The translations under genes and the position numbers were made by a program. A stretch of DNA of 64,000 bases from an uncultured Gammaproteobacteria bacterium. GTDB taxonomy: Bacteria > Patescibacteriota > Patescibacteriia > SG8-24. The notes under the pieces are model-generated. The model saw only the letters and a list, made by a program, of their open reading frames with translations. It did not search any database and was not told the origin of the DNA. The stretch covers positions 1,046 through 65,045 of the forward strand of contig CAYOXM010000002.1 of assembly GCA_964407925.1 (NCBI GenBank). The letters are read 5' to 3'. Below, one piece after another: positions 8,114 to 17,787 of this stretch (position 1 is its first letter; each line of letters begins with the position of its first letter).

Positions 8114-9646
8114 ATGACGCAAGAACAGGCGATAGCCATTCTGAAAACCGGCGCGAGCGTCTTTTTGACGGGCGAGCCGGGGTCCGGAAAAACGCATACC
8201 GTGAACCGGTACGTGTCTTTTCTGCGCGGGCACGGCATCGAGCCCGCGCTCACCGCGTCGACGGGCATCGCCGCGACGCACATCGGCGGGATGACCGTGC
8301 ATTCGTGGTCGGGCATCGGCATCGCGGACGCGCTGTCCTCGTACGACCTCGAGCGCATCGCCTCGAACGAGCGCATCTGGAAGCGGCTGTCGAAAGCGAA
8401 AGTGCTCGTCATCGACGAGATTTCGATGCTCGACGCGCGCACGCTCGACATGGTGGATCAGGTCTGCCGCGCCGTCCGCCGCAAGGATGAGCCGTTCGGC
8501 GGCCTGCAGACCGTGCTCGTCGGCGACTTTTTCCAACTGCCGCCTGTCGCGCGGGAGGGCCGCGTCGCTTCCTTCGCGTTCCGTTCGCGCGCGTGGCAGG
8601 AACTCGCGCCGCGCGTCTGTTACCTCGCCGGCCAGTACCGTCAGGACGACAGGGCGTTCATGTCCGTCCTTTCCGCAATACGCGCGAACGTCGTCGGCGA
8701 GGATCATTTTCGCGAGCTTGAATCGCGCGTCGCGAATCCCGAGGACGCGCCGAAAGACGTCGTAAAGCTTTTTTCGCACAACGTCGACGTCGACCGCATC
8801 AACGACCGGGAGCTCGCGAGGATTTCCGGCGTCCCGCGCACGTACGAGATGCAGGCGCACGGCGCCGAGCGCCTGTTGGAATCGCTCCGCCGCAGCTGCC
8901 TGTCGCCGGAGAACCTCGCGCTCAAGGTCGGGGCGGCGGTCATGTTCACGCGCAACAACCCGCAGGCGGGGTTCGTGAACGGCACGCTCGGCACCGTCGA
9001 GGGGTTCGATCCCGATTCGGGATTTCCCGTCGTCGCGACGCGCCGCGGCGCGAAGATCAAGGCCGAGCCGATGGAATGGATGATCGACGATCAGGGAAAG
9101 TCGCTCGCCTCAGTGACCCAGGTGCCGCTCCGTCTCGCGTGGGCGATGACGATTCACAAGAGCCAGGGGATGAGCCTCGACGCCGCGCTCGTCGACCTCG
9201 GTGCGACGTTCGAATACGGGCAAGGGTACGTGGCCCTTTCGCGCGTACGGCGGCTGTCCGGGCTGTACCTGCTCGGGTGCAACGAACGCGCGACGCAGGT
9301 CCATCCCGAAGTCCTCGCCCAAGACATCGTCTTCCGCGACGCTTCGCGAGGAGCGGAAGAGCGGCTTGCAAGTCTCTCTGACGAAGCGCGGCTCGCGGCC
9401 GAGGAGGCGCACGTCGTCGCCTGCGGCGGCACGTTGGCGGTGAAAAAGGAGAAGAAAAAGCCCGCGCAGCAGGCGGCGCGCGAGCAGCATGCCAACGCCT
9501 ACGCGCGATGGACGCCGGACGAGGAAGGTGTGCTCGTCAGGATGTTCCGTTCAGGTTCCGCAGTGAAGGACATCGCCAAGCAGTTGGACCGCCAGCGCGG
9601 CGGCATAACGTCGCGGCTGAAGAAATTGGGGCTCATAAAGGACTAG
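8114..9646 (+). CDS. PIF1-like SF1B helicase with C-terminal HTH
   Basis: Walker A GEPGSGKT, IDEISM, GDFFQLPP, TIHKSQG, YVALSR; C-terminal WT..E...L...IA..L.R..G.I.SRL. Confidence 0.9.
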   Translation: MTQEQAIAILKTGASVFLTGEPGSGKTHTVNRYVSFLRGHGIEPALTASTGIAATHIGGMTVHSWSGIGIADALSSYDLERIASNERIWKRLSKAKVLVIDEISMLDARTLDMVDQVCRAVRRKDEPFGGLQTVLVGDFFQLPPVAREGRVASFAFRSRAWQELAPRVCYLAGQYRQDDRAFMSVLSAIRANVVGEDHFRELESRVANPEDAPKDVVKLFSHNVDVDRINDRELARISGVPRTYEMQAHGAERLLESLRRSCLSPENLALKVGAAVMFTRNNPQAGFVNGTLGTVEGFDPDSGFPVVATRRGAKIKAEPMEWMIDDQGKSLASVTQVPLRLAWAMTIHKSQGMSLDAALVDLGATFEYGQGYVALSRVRRLSGLYLLGCNERATQVHPEVLAQDIVFRDASRGAEERLASLSDEARLAAEEAHVVACGGTLAVKKEKKKPAQQAAREQHANAYARWTPDEEGVLVRMFRSGSAVKDIAKQLDRQRGGITSRLKKLGLIKD

Positions 9647-9689
9647 CCGTGGCGGGGAAAAGGCGGCCAAAATCTGCTATACTGGGCGC

Positions 9690-10625
9690 ATGATCGCCCT
9701 GCACATCCTCCTGATGGCCTCGCTGTCCCTCATCATGGGACAGGCGGCGCACCACGTCGTGAATGCCGTCAAACACGCAGGCAAGCGTTTCGGCATAAGC
9801 AAGTTTCTCGTCGCGTTCGTGTTTCTCGGGATGGCGACCTCGACGCCCGAAGTCTCGGTGGCCGTGCTTTCCGCCCTCCGGGGCACGCCTGGCCTGTCGC
9901 TCGGCAACCTTCTCGGCGCGAACATCGTCATCCTCTCGCTGCTGTCGGGTCTCGCGGCCGTCATCGGCGGTCGGCTTCATCCCGGTGAAATCTACCGGAA
10001 GCGCACGCTGCCGCTTTTCCTGTTCATCGTGCTCCTGCCCGCCTTCGCCGCGCTCGACGGGCGGCTGACGCGCGCGGATGGCGTCCTCCTCGTGACGGCG
10101 CATTTCCTTTTCATCCTGCACCTCTATTGGAGCAGGGAAACGGGCACGCCGAGAGTTGAGACCGTCACGAAGGGCCCATTCAGGAGGCAGCTTGCCATTG
10201 CTGCCGCGGCGGTTCTCGTCCTCCTCTCGTCCTCGTATTTTCTCGTGAACTCCGCGCTCATCGTCGCGCGTTCTCTCGGTGCGACGCCGCTGCTCATCGG
10301 CCTCCTCCTGTTTTCCGTCGGTACCAACCTGCCCGAATTTTCGCTCGTCCTGACGCAGGCCGGGGGCCGTCAAAAAGACGTCGTCCTCGGCGACCTCTTC
10401 GGCAGCCTGCTCCTGAACACGCCGACGCTCGGCCTCCTCGCGCTCATCAGCCCTTTTACCATCGCCGATCAGGCCGCCGTGCAGGCATCGGCGGTTTTCC
10501 TCATCGCGCTCGCCGCCATTTTCGGCGCTTTCCTGTGGACCGGCCGTGCGCTCGAGCGGCGTGAGGGGTACTGCCTGCTCGCGCTCTACGCCGGATTCCT
10601 CGCGTGGTACGCGCGGTTCCTGTAG
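9690..10625 (+). CDS. Sodium/calcium antiporter (CaCA, YrbG-like)
   Basis: Alpha repeats ATSTPE...GNLLGAN and GTNLPE...GDLFGS; about 10 TM. Confidence 0.88.
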   Translation: MIALHILLMASLSLIMGQAAHHVVNAVKHAGKRFGISKFLVAFVFLGMATSTPEVSVAVLSALRGTPGLSLGNLLGANIVILSLLSGLAAVIGGRLHPGEIYRKRTLPLFLFIVLLPAFAALDGRLTRADGVLLVTAHFLFILHLYWSRETGTPRVETVTKGPFRRQLAIAAAAVLVLLSSSYFLVNSALIVARSLGATPLLIGLLLFSVGTNLPEFSLVLTQAGGRQKDVVLGDLFGSLLLNTPTLGLLALISPFTIADQAAVQASAVFLIALAAIFGAFLWTGRALERREGYCLLALYAGFLAWYARFL

Positions 10626-10667
10626 CGGCGCGCTCGCGGATGCGGGCTTTGACGTGGTATGCTGCAT

Positions 10668-12455
10668 ATGCCTATGCGCGACGAGAAACGCTTCCTGCAG
10701 GTTTTCGCCATCGGTCTCGCGGCCCTTGTGGTCGGCGGGGGCTTTTGGACGTCGTGGTCCGTGCGGCAGATCACCGCGCAGGTCAGGGAAGACCTGTCGT
10801 TCGGGGTCGAAATAACGGGTGCTGGCGTTAACGCGGCGCGCGTCGAACAGCTGACGCTGTCCCCGGCGGACAAGACCGCGGAGGACTACCTGCGCCTGCG
10901 CGCGTTCCTCGGTCGCGTGCAAAAGATGCTCGACCGCAAGCACGTCCGCGGCGTCTACCTGATGAAGGTGACCGGCGACGACGTCCGGTTCGTCGTGGAC
11001 TCGGCACCGGAGACCGATCCGTGGCACAGCGAACCCGGCAAAAAATACGAGGAGCCTCCGGCGGCGGTATTTGAAACGGCGCGTCTCGGCGAGACGCGAT
11101 TCGTCGGTCCGTACACCGACGAATACGGGACGTTTTATTCCGTTTTCTCGCCCGTGCGCGACGTGACGGGGCGCATCGTGGCCGTCGCCGGCGGCGACGT
11201 GGATGCCGCGATGTACGACCTTCTGGTGAACCGACGGTTGCGTCTGCTGTTGGCGATTGCGCTCCTTGCGATGGTCGCCTATTGCGCGCTCGGATTCGCC
11301 GTCGTGAGCGTGCTGCGGAGGCGGCACGAGCGGACGCGGCGTCTTGCGGAGCAGCTCCGCGGCGCGAGGGAGCGTGACGCCCTGCTCATGAACATCAACG
11401 AGGGGGTCGTGGCGGTCGACGAAAGCGGCATCGTGACCTTCGTCAACACGTACGCGGCGAAGGCGGTCGGAACGCGGCGCGAGGACGCCATCGGCAAGCC
11501 GTTCGAGCAGCGTTGGCTCGTCACGGATGAAAAGGGCGTTGAGCTTCCCGAGGAACGGCAGCCGCTCATGGCGGGCCGCGGCGGAAAGACGAAGGCGCCG
11601 AGCGGCGGATACGTGTATCTGCGCGGTAAAAACGGCACGTTCCCCGTCATCGTCGCCTCGGCGCGCGTGCGGGGCAAGGACTTTCCCGCCATGACGGTGA
11701 TGACGTTCAGGGATTACGCCAAGGAGGCGGAAGTCGACCGGATGAAGTCTGATTTCATCTCCGTCGCCGCGCATCAGATCAAGACGCCGCTCACTGCGCT
11801 CAAGTGGATTGTCGGAACCTTGACCGGCGCGAAAACCGTCCGTCCTCCCGAGGAGGCGGAAGTCATCGGCCAGTTGTCTGACGTCGTGCGGCATCTCGAC
11901 GAGCTCGTTCACGCGCTGCTGAATGTGTCGCGCATCGAGTCCGGAAAGTTAGTGCTCGAACCGCGGCCCGTGGCGCTCGCGCCGATCGTCGAGGATGCGA
12001 TGAAGGAAGTCGAGCTGAAGGCCAAGGAAAAAAATCTCCACCTGTCGCTCGTGGTCGGCGACGACGTCGCCGAGGCGATGGCGGACTCGCGAATCATCCG
12101 CGAAGTGTACAAGAACCTGCTCACGAACGCGGTGAAGTACACGTCAAAGGGGGGTCACGTCCATGTCGAGATCGCTGGTGACGGGGAAAGCGTGCGTTCG
12201 TCCGTCAAGGACGACGGGTACGGCATTCCCGACGCGGAAAAGGACCGCGTGTTCGCTAAGTTTTTCCGCGCTTCAAACGTGGTCGGTCTGGATGAAGAGG
12301 GGACGGGCCTCGGGCTGTATTACGCGAAGCAGGTCGTCGAGGCGTCCGGCGGCGAAATGTGGTTTGAATCGACGCAGGGCAAGGGCTCGACCTTTTATTT
12401 CAGATTGCCGGTCGCGGAGCTGAGGCCGAAGAAACACGCGACTCGAGCGCGCTAG
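10668..12455 (+). CDS. Membrane sensor histidine kinase (extracytoplasmic sensor, PAS, HisKA, HATPase)
   Basis: AAHQIKTPL H-box, NLLTNAVKY, DDGYGIP, GTGLGL; INEGVVAVD PAS start; start 10659-10674 uncertain. Confidence 0.9.
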   Translation: MPMRDEKRFLQVFAIGLAALVVGGGFWTSWSVRQITAQVREDLSFGVEITGAGVNAARVEQLTLSPADKTAEDYLRLRAFLGRVQKMLDRKHVRGVYLMKVTGDDVRFVVDSAPETDPWHSEPGKKYEEPPAAVFETARLGETRFVGPYTDEYGTFYSVFSPVRDVTGRIVAVAGGDVDAAMYDLLVNRRLRLLLAIALLAMVAYCALGFAVVSVLRRRHERTRRLAEQLRGARERDALLMNINEGVVAVDESGIVTFVNTYAAKAVGTRREDAIGKPFEQRWLVTDEKGVELPEERQPLMAGRGGKTKAPSGGYVYLRGKNGTFPVIVASARVRGKDFPAMTVMTFRDYAKEAEVDRMKSDFISVAAHQIKTPLTALKWIVGTLTGAKTVRPPEEAEVIGQLSDVVRHLDELVHALLNVSRIESGKLVLEPRPVALAPIVEDAMKEVELKAKEKNLHLSLVVGDDVAEAMADSRIIREVYKNLLTNAVKYTSKGGHVHVEIAGDGESVRSSVKDDGYGIPDAEKDRVFAKFFRASNVVGLDEEGTGLGLYYAKQVVEASGGEMWFESTQGKGSTFYFRLPVAELRPKKHATRAR

Positions 12456-12466
12456 CCTGCCGCCCC

Positions 12467-13813
12467 ATGCGCACGACCATCACCGTCGCCATCCTCTCCC
12501 TCCTCCTGGCCGGTCCCGCGCTCGCCGCCCCCGCATCGGGGTCGCTCGTCCGCGCCTCGCAACCATCCGTCTATTATTACGGACCTGACGGCAAACGGTA
12601 CGTCTTCCCGAACGAGAAGACGTACAAGACGTGGTATGCCGATTTCAGCGGCGTCATCAAGATTTCGGACGCGGACCTCGCCGCGATTCCGCTCGGCGGC
12701 AACGTGACGTACAAGCCGGGGAGCAGGATGGTGAAAATAACGTCCGATTCCAAAGTTTACGCGGTCGACGCCGGCGGTACGCTCCGGCCGATTCAGGACG
12801 AGGCTGCCGCGAAGGCGTTGTACGGTTCCTCGTGGAACACGATGGTCGACGACGTGCCGGACGCGTTTTTCGTGAATTACAAGACGGGGGCCGCGGTCGC
12901 GACGGCGGCCGATTTCTCGCCGTCCGCCGCAACGGCGAAGGCGGCGTCGATAGCGGCCGACCGCGGTCTTGCCGCCGTCTCTTCCCTCGACATCCACGCC
13001 CTGCCGATAGGCGACGGAAAATATTCAACGGCGTCAAAAAGGGGGTACGTGTATTCTTGTCAGACTGCGTTCAGCGGCGGCGGCGCGTTCGCGTCGGGGA
13101 GCTGGATAAGCGGCGCGACGTGGGATGCGACGAAAAAGCCGACGGTCGACGGCAGCGTGACCTGGCCGAACGCCGCGTTCGCGATCGCGAAAAGCGGTGT
13201 CAGCCGGACGTTCACGAGCAACGCCCTGCCGAAAAATCACGCGACGGGGACCTTCCCGATTTCCGCATCGGATGACGCGTACATGTACGACCGTAATCCG
13301 AATTCGATCGCCGCGCAGTCGCTCTCGTTCACGCTTCCCGTCAGTCCGGTTGTCGCCGCGAACCCGTCCTGCGTCGGCGGCGAGGTCGGCATTGCGACGT
13401 CCGGCGTTCCCATTTTTAACGGATTTGACGCCGGCGGACGCGACGCGGTCGCTCATGAAATCCAGGATTCGTGCGGCGGCCATCCGCAGGTTTCGGGCAT
13501 GTACCACTACCATGGGCCGAGCGCGTGCGTCGCGACGGGCGATTCCGAACTGTTCGGCTACGCCTTCGACGGTTTCGGCATCTTCTCGAACGTCGAGAGC
13601 GGGAAGTCGCTCACGAACGACGACCTCGACGAGTGTCACGGGCACAGCCACGCGATATCGTGGGACGGTGTCATGACGACGATGTACCACTATCACCTGA
13701 CGAAGGAATTCCCTTACACCGTCGGTTGCTTCCGCGGCCAGAAGTACGTGAACGGTCCGCTTGGCGGCGGTGCAGGTCCGGGCGGCATGCAGGGGCCTCC
13801 CCCGATGTTCTGA
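12467..13813 (+). CDS. Secreted YHYH-domain protein with N-terminal surface module
   Basis: Signal peptide; VYYYGPDGKRYVFPNEKTYKTWY module; DSCGGHP...YHYH, GYAFDGFGI, LDECHGH...YHYH. Confidence 0.85.
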   Translation: MRTTITVAILSLLLAGPALAAPASGSLVRASQPSVYYYGPDGKRYVFPNEKTYKTWYADFSGVIKISDADLAAIPLGGNVTYKPGSRMVKITSDSKVYAVDAGGTLRPIQDEAAAKALYGSSWNTMVDDVPDAFFVNYKTGAAVATAADFSPSAATAKAASIAADRGLAAVSSLDIHALPIGDGKYSTASKRGYVYSCQTAFSGGGAFASGSWISGATWDATKKPTVDGSVTWPNAAFAIAKSGVSRTFTSNALPKNHATGTFPISASDDAYMYDRNPNSIAAQSLSFTLPVSPVVAANPSCVGGEVGIATSGVPIFNGFDAGGRDAVAHEIQDSCGGHPQVSGMYHYHGPSACVATGDSELFGYAFDGFGIFSNVESGKSLTNDDLDECHGHSHAISWDGVMTTMYHYHLTKEFPYTVGCFRGQKYVNGPLGGGAGPGGMQGPPPMF

Positions 13814-13855
13814 TGCGCGCGAGGTCACCGATGACGCTCGCGAAGAAGAAGCGTG

Positions 13856-13883
13856 AAACGAACCTCCGCGGAGGTTCGTTTTT
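13856..13883. terminator. Bidirectional terminator between convergent genes
   Basis: AAACGAACCTCC-gc-GGAGGTTCGTTT(TT). Confidence 0.75.
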
Positions 13884-13899
13884 CATTCGGCCGGCGGCG

Positions 13900-14985
13900 T
13901 CAGCGCCACAGGCGCTTCGGGCCGAGCACCGCGTTGTGGAGCCAAAGTTCGAAAAGCGACGCCCACGTGGGATCGATTTCCGGTTCGGCGAGCAGCGGCG
14001 TCGAGAAGTTCACGTTGAACCGCCGCCATGGCGACCACATCTGCCAGCCGCGCCTTCCCCAGTAATGGCGGGCGCGCAACCGGTAATGGCCGTCCGGCAG
14101 CACGCGCCGGATGACGCCGGTATCGCCGAAGCAGTCGATCCTGTCGTCGCTGCACCGAACGGCGGCGTGGGAAACGTCCTTGGCGCGGGAGATGACCACG
14201 GTTTCCCACGTCCGGGCGGCGTCATCCCACGTTTCGAGGTGGTACTGGCTGTAAAAATGCTCGTCGTCGTTCGGATCGTCCTTTTCCCCGATGTCGAGCG
14301 GGTGACGGGACCGCGTGACGTCCGTGTAGAATTCGAACGTGATGACCGGCTCGTGGCGGTACAGCCCCTCGTACGGCAGTCTGACGAACGTGCGTCCGAG
14401 GGCGGCGGGGGCCCCTCGCGGCTTCCGTACGAGGTCTTCGGACATGATTTTGAAATACGCGTCCAGTTCCGGCGTGCCGTAATACGACTGCGGGGCCGGC
14501 AGGGGGTTGTTTCTCGTGAAGCGCACCTGGAGCTGGTTGTTGCACTGCAGGTGCATGTCCTTTCCCGTGTGCAGCAGCACGATTTGCCCAACGGTGATGT
14601 TCGTCTCCTGCGTCAGGTCGTAGTAAACCTCCTTGGTTTCGTAGCGCTTGAACGAAAAAGTTTCGGGGTCGCCCCAGACCCACCGTCCGCCGTCGAAAAC
14701 CCCGGGGGACAGCATCGCCTTGCATGGCCGCTCGCCCTCGTTGCGGATCAGGACGGCGAACCCCAGGAAGCGCGCGTCCCGGTTGACGAAGCAGTCCTCG
14801 TTGTTCGCGAAGTGGATGAAGTTGCCGCCGTCGCCTTCCTCCTGCTCCTCCTGCGCGCAGTTGACCATCGCCGCCTGAGCGGCGCGCGGCGCAGTCGAGA
14901 AGCATGCCGCGGCGACGAGGGCCAATGCCGCGGCCCGTCGCGCGTGCCGTGCTGTGGCATCTCCGTTGTGGCGGAAGAGGGCCAT
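13900..14985 (-). CDS. Hypothetical secreted protein, possible C-terminal Ig/FN3-like domain
   Basis: Signal peptide ending AQA; LPDGHYRLRAR...WSPWRRF; starts 1 nt after the greA stop. Confidence 0.6.
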   Translation of the reverse strand: MALFRHNGDATARHARRAAALALVAAACFSTAPRAAQAAMVNCAQEEQEEGDGGNFIHFANNEDCFVNRDARFLGFAVLIRNEGERPCKAMLSPGVFDGGRWVWGDPETFSFKRYETKEVYYDLTQETNITVGQIVLLHTGKDMHLQCNNQLQVRFTRNNPLPAPQSYYGTPELDAYFKIMSEDLVRKPRGAPAALGRTFVRLPYEGLYRHEPVITFEFYTDVTRSRHPLDIGEKDDPNDDEHFYSQYHLETWDDAARTWETVVISRAKDVSHAAVRCSDDRIDCFGDTGVIRRVLPDGHYRLRARHYWGRRGWQMWSPWRRFNVNFSTPLLAEPEIDPTWASLFELWLHNAVLGPKRLWR

Positions 14986-14986
14986 G

Positions 14987-15496
14987 TCAGCGGACCGCAA
15001 TGACGCGGTAGATGACCATCTTCGCCGGTCCCTTCACGGCGGCCTCGTCCCCCGGTTTTTTTCCGAGGAGCGCCTTGCCGAGCGGCGAAAGGTGCGAGAT
15101 GCGTCCCGAAGAAGGGTCGGTTTCCTGCGAACCGGTCAGCTGATACCGCTTCTCCTTGCCGTTGACCTCGACGACGACCGTCGAGCCGATGCGCGCCCCG
15201 CCTTCGGCGTCGGCTCCCGGACGGATGACGACGGCGAATTTCAGCCGTTCCTTCATTTCGAAAATCAGGCTGTCGATTTTCATGAGACGGCCCTTGGCCT
15301 CGGAATACGCGGCATTCTCGGAAAGGTCGCCCATCTCCCTCGCGCGCGTGAGGTCCTCGAGCGCGCGGGGTCGCGAAACGTCCTCCAGCCGGCGGAGATC
15401 TTTCTCGATTTTCTGCAGGGCAGCCGGCGACAGGAAGTCGTCGGCAGGGCCGCCGTACTTCCTGCGTTCCGCCGAGCGCCGTTTCGGTACTTGCAT
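14987..15496 (-). CDS. greA: Transcription elongation factor GreA/GreB family
   Basis: AREMGDLSENAAYSEAK, IGSTV, ISHLSPLGKALLGKK.GD. Confidence 0.92.
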   Translation of the reverse strand: MQVPKRRSAERRKYGGPADDFLSPAALQKIEKDLRRLEDVSRPRALEDLTRAREMGDLSENAAYSEAKGRLMKIDSLIFEMKERLKFAVVIRPGADAEGGARIGSTVVVEVNGKEKRYQLTGSQETDPSSGRISHLSPLGKALLGKKPGDEAAVKGPAKMVIYRVIAVR

Positions 15497-15572
15497 AGCG
15501 GGGGATAAGGGCATGGTAGCGGTACGGGCTCGGCGGTGGCAAGGCCGCCTTAAACGTGGTATACTGTCTTAC

Positions 15573-16421
15573 ATGAACCTCTCGAGGAAGGTCAGTAACG
15601 AACAGCACGACATTACCGCGCTTTTCGTCCTTAACGTGCTTATCGTCGCGGCGGCGCTCCTCGCCGGCGACGGCAAGTCGTTCTTCCAGGACGGAACGGT
15701 ATACGGTTTCGGCCTGCTGTTTCTCACCCTCGCGTCGGTACGCGCCGCGACGCTCTATCGGCTGTTCGACCCGACGCTGAAGAAGTACATCGCGATGTGC
15801 TCGGCGGGCATGATCATCTTCGCGGGGTCGCAAGTGTTCGAAATCGCGATTGCCGCGGCCGGCACGCGGACCTTCATGAACATGATGCACGTGACGAGCC
15901 TGTATGTCATGGCGGTGCTCGTGATGACGTGGGCTTCCGCGAGCCTTCTCGCCGAGGCGAAGCTCGAAAAGAGCTACGGTCCGTTCACCAAGAACGCGGC
16001 CGTCGGGCTCGCCGTCCTCGCCGCGGCCGGCTGGTTCACCGCCGACGTCTACCTGCAGAAAATCGATCCCACGTTCCACTTCGACAGCAGGATGATGATG
16101 CTCATCGCCCTGCTCATCGCCGTCATCGCGGGATTCGGATTGCACGCCATCCTCATGGTGAAGCGAAAATTCAGCGTGCTCAGCGGCTTCGCCGAATACC
16201 TCGGCATCGCGTTCATGCTCATGGTGCTTACGGGCGCCGTCTCGATGCTCGAGGCGGTCCGCAGTTACGCGTTCTTCCGCGAGGGCATCCACACGACGTC
16301 GTACGCGCGGTACGTGCTTTTTTACGCCGCGCTCAGCTTCCTTTTCGTGGCTTTCGGCAAGATGCGGAAGCTTGGCGGCATCTACAGCGACTTGGAAGCG
16401 GAGAGGGAAAAGGGGGCGTGA
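15573..16421 (+). CDS. Hypothetical multi-pass membrane protein
   Basis: About 8 hydrophobic helices; TGG-TATACT 7 nt before the ATG. Confidence 0.7.
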   Translation: MNLSRKVSNEQHDITALFVLNVLIVAAALLAGDGKSFFQDGTVYGFGLLFLTLASVRAATLYRLFDPTLKKYIAMCSAGMIIFAGSQVFEIAIAAAGTRTFMNMMHVTSLYVMAVLVMTWASASLLAEAKLEKSYGPFTKNAAVGLAVLAAAGWFTADVYLQKIDPTFHFDSRMMMLIALLIAVIAGFGLHAILMVKRKFSVLSGFAEYLGIAFMLMVLTGAVSMLEAVRSYAFFREGIHTTSYARYVLFYAALSFLFVAFGKMRKLGGIYSDLEAEREKGA

Positions 16422-16487
16422 ATCGCGGGGGCGGATTGACGCGTGGACCCGCAAGGTCCATGCTGTTTTTATAGCCTACGAACTCCT

Positions 16488-17756
16488 ATGCGATCAGCAA
16501 ATCCGTTCGAAAACGCGTTGTTGCAGATAAGTCGCGCCGCAGCCGTCCGCGCGTTCGCGCCTGCATTTCTTGAGTCGCTACGGCACCCGAAGCGCGAAAT
16601 TCGCGTCGCCATTCCGGTGCGCATGGATGACGGCAGTCAGCGCATTTTCGAGGGCTACCGCGTGCAGCACGACAACGCGCGAGGGCCGTACAAGGGCGGC
16701 ATCCGTTTCCATCAGGACACCGACATTGACGAAGTCCGCGCGCTCGCGCTCTGGATGACGATGAAGTGCAGCCTTGCGGGCCTGCCGATGGGCGGCGGCA
16801 AGGGCGGCGTGACCGTCGACCCGAAAACCCTTTCCAAAGGCGAGCTCGAACGGCTTTCGCGCGGGTTCGTCCGAGCGCTCGTCGACGTACTCGGACCGGA
16901 AAAGGACGTTCCGGCGCCGGACGTGAACACCACGCCGGAAATAATGGCGTGGATGGCCGACGAGTACGCCAGGCTCACCGGCGACGGTTCCGGCGCGGTG
17001 ATCACCGGCAAGCCGCTCGACAGGGGCGGATCGGAAGGCCGCGGCAAGGCGACCGCGCTCGGCGGTTTCTACGTCTTTCAGACGCTGCGTGCGCGGCTCG
17101 GTCTGCCTGAACGCTGCCATGTGGCCGTCCAGGGTTTTGGCAACGCCGGACGGCACGCGGCCGAGCTGTGGGCCGCCGCGGGACACCGTGTCGTCGCCGT
17201 ATCCGATTCGCGCGGCGGCGTTCACGACGAGGGCGGCCTCGACGTCGCGGCAGTCGCCGCGCACAAGGACGCGACGGGTTCGGTAGTCGGTTTCCCCGGT
17301 GCGCGGACGGTGACGAACGAGGCGCTGCTCGAACTCGCCTGCGACCTCCTCGTGCCCGCCGCACTCGAGAATCAGTTGACTGCGGCGAACGCCGGCCGGA
17401 TCAGGGCGACGGCGGTGCTGGAGCTCGCGAACGGGCCGACGACGCCCGAGGCCGACGACGCCCTGTTCGCTTCGAGAGTCCACGTCGTGCCCGACATCCT
17501 CGCGAACGCGGGCGGCGTAACCGTTTCGACTTTCGAATGGGAACAGAACCTCAGGGGCGAGCGTTGGTCGGAAGAAGAAGTCCTCGAGAAACTTTCCGCG
17601 AACATTCGCGCGCAGGCTGAGGCCACGTGGGCTCGTGCCAAAGAACTGCATACGGACATGCGTCGCGCGGCGTTCGCACTCGCACTCGAACGGCTTGAGG
17701 AGGCGAAGGCGCGCGCGGAGGAAAGAGCGGCGGAGCGTCAAGCCGTTGCCGCGTGA
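16488..17756 (+). CDS. gdhA: Glutamate dehydrogenase (Glu/Leu/Phe/Val family)
   Basis: GPYKGGIRF, GGGKGG, DVPAPD, QGFGNAG, ELANGP, PDILANAGGV. Confidence 0.93.
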   Translation: MRSANPFENALLQISRAAAVRAFAPAFLESLRHPKREIRVAIPVRMDDGSQRIFEGYRVQHDNARGPYKGGIRFHQDTDIDEVRALALWMTMKCSLAGLPMGGGKGGVTVDPKTLSKGELERLSRGFVRALVDVLGPEKDVPAPDVNTTPEIMAWMADEYARLTGDGSGAVITGKPLDRGGSEGRGKATALGGFYVFQTLRARLGLPERCHVAVQGFGNAGRHAAELWAAAGHRVVAVSDSRGGVHDEGGLDVAAVAAHKDATGSVVGFPGARTVTNEALLELACDLLVPAALENQLTAANAGRIRATAVLELANGPTTPEADDALFASRVHVVPDILANAGGVTVSTFEWEQNLRGERWSEEEVLEKLSANIRAQAEATWARAKELHTDMRRAAFALALERLEEAKARAEERAAERQAVAA

Positions 17757-17764
17757 TGGCGGAG

Positions 17765-17787
17765 AAAAGGGCCGAAAGGCCCTTTTT
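17765..17787. terminator. Bidirectional terminator
   Basis: AAAAGGGCC-GAAA-GGCCCTTTT. Confidence 0.8.
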
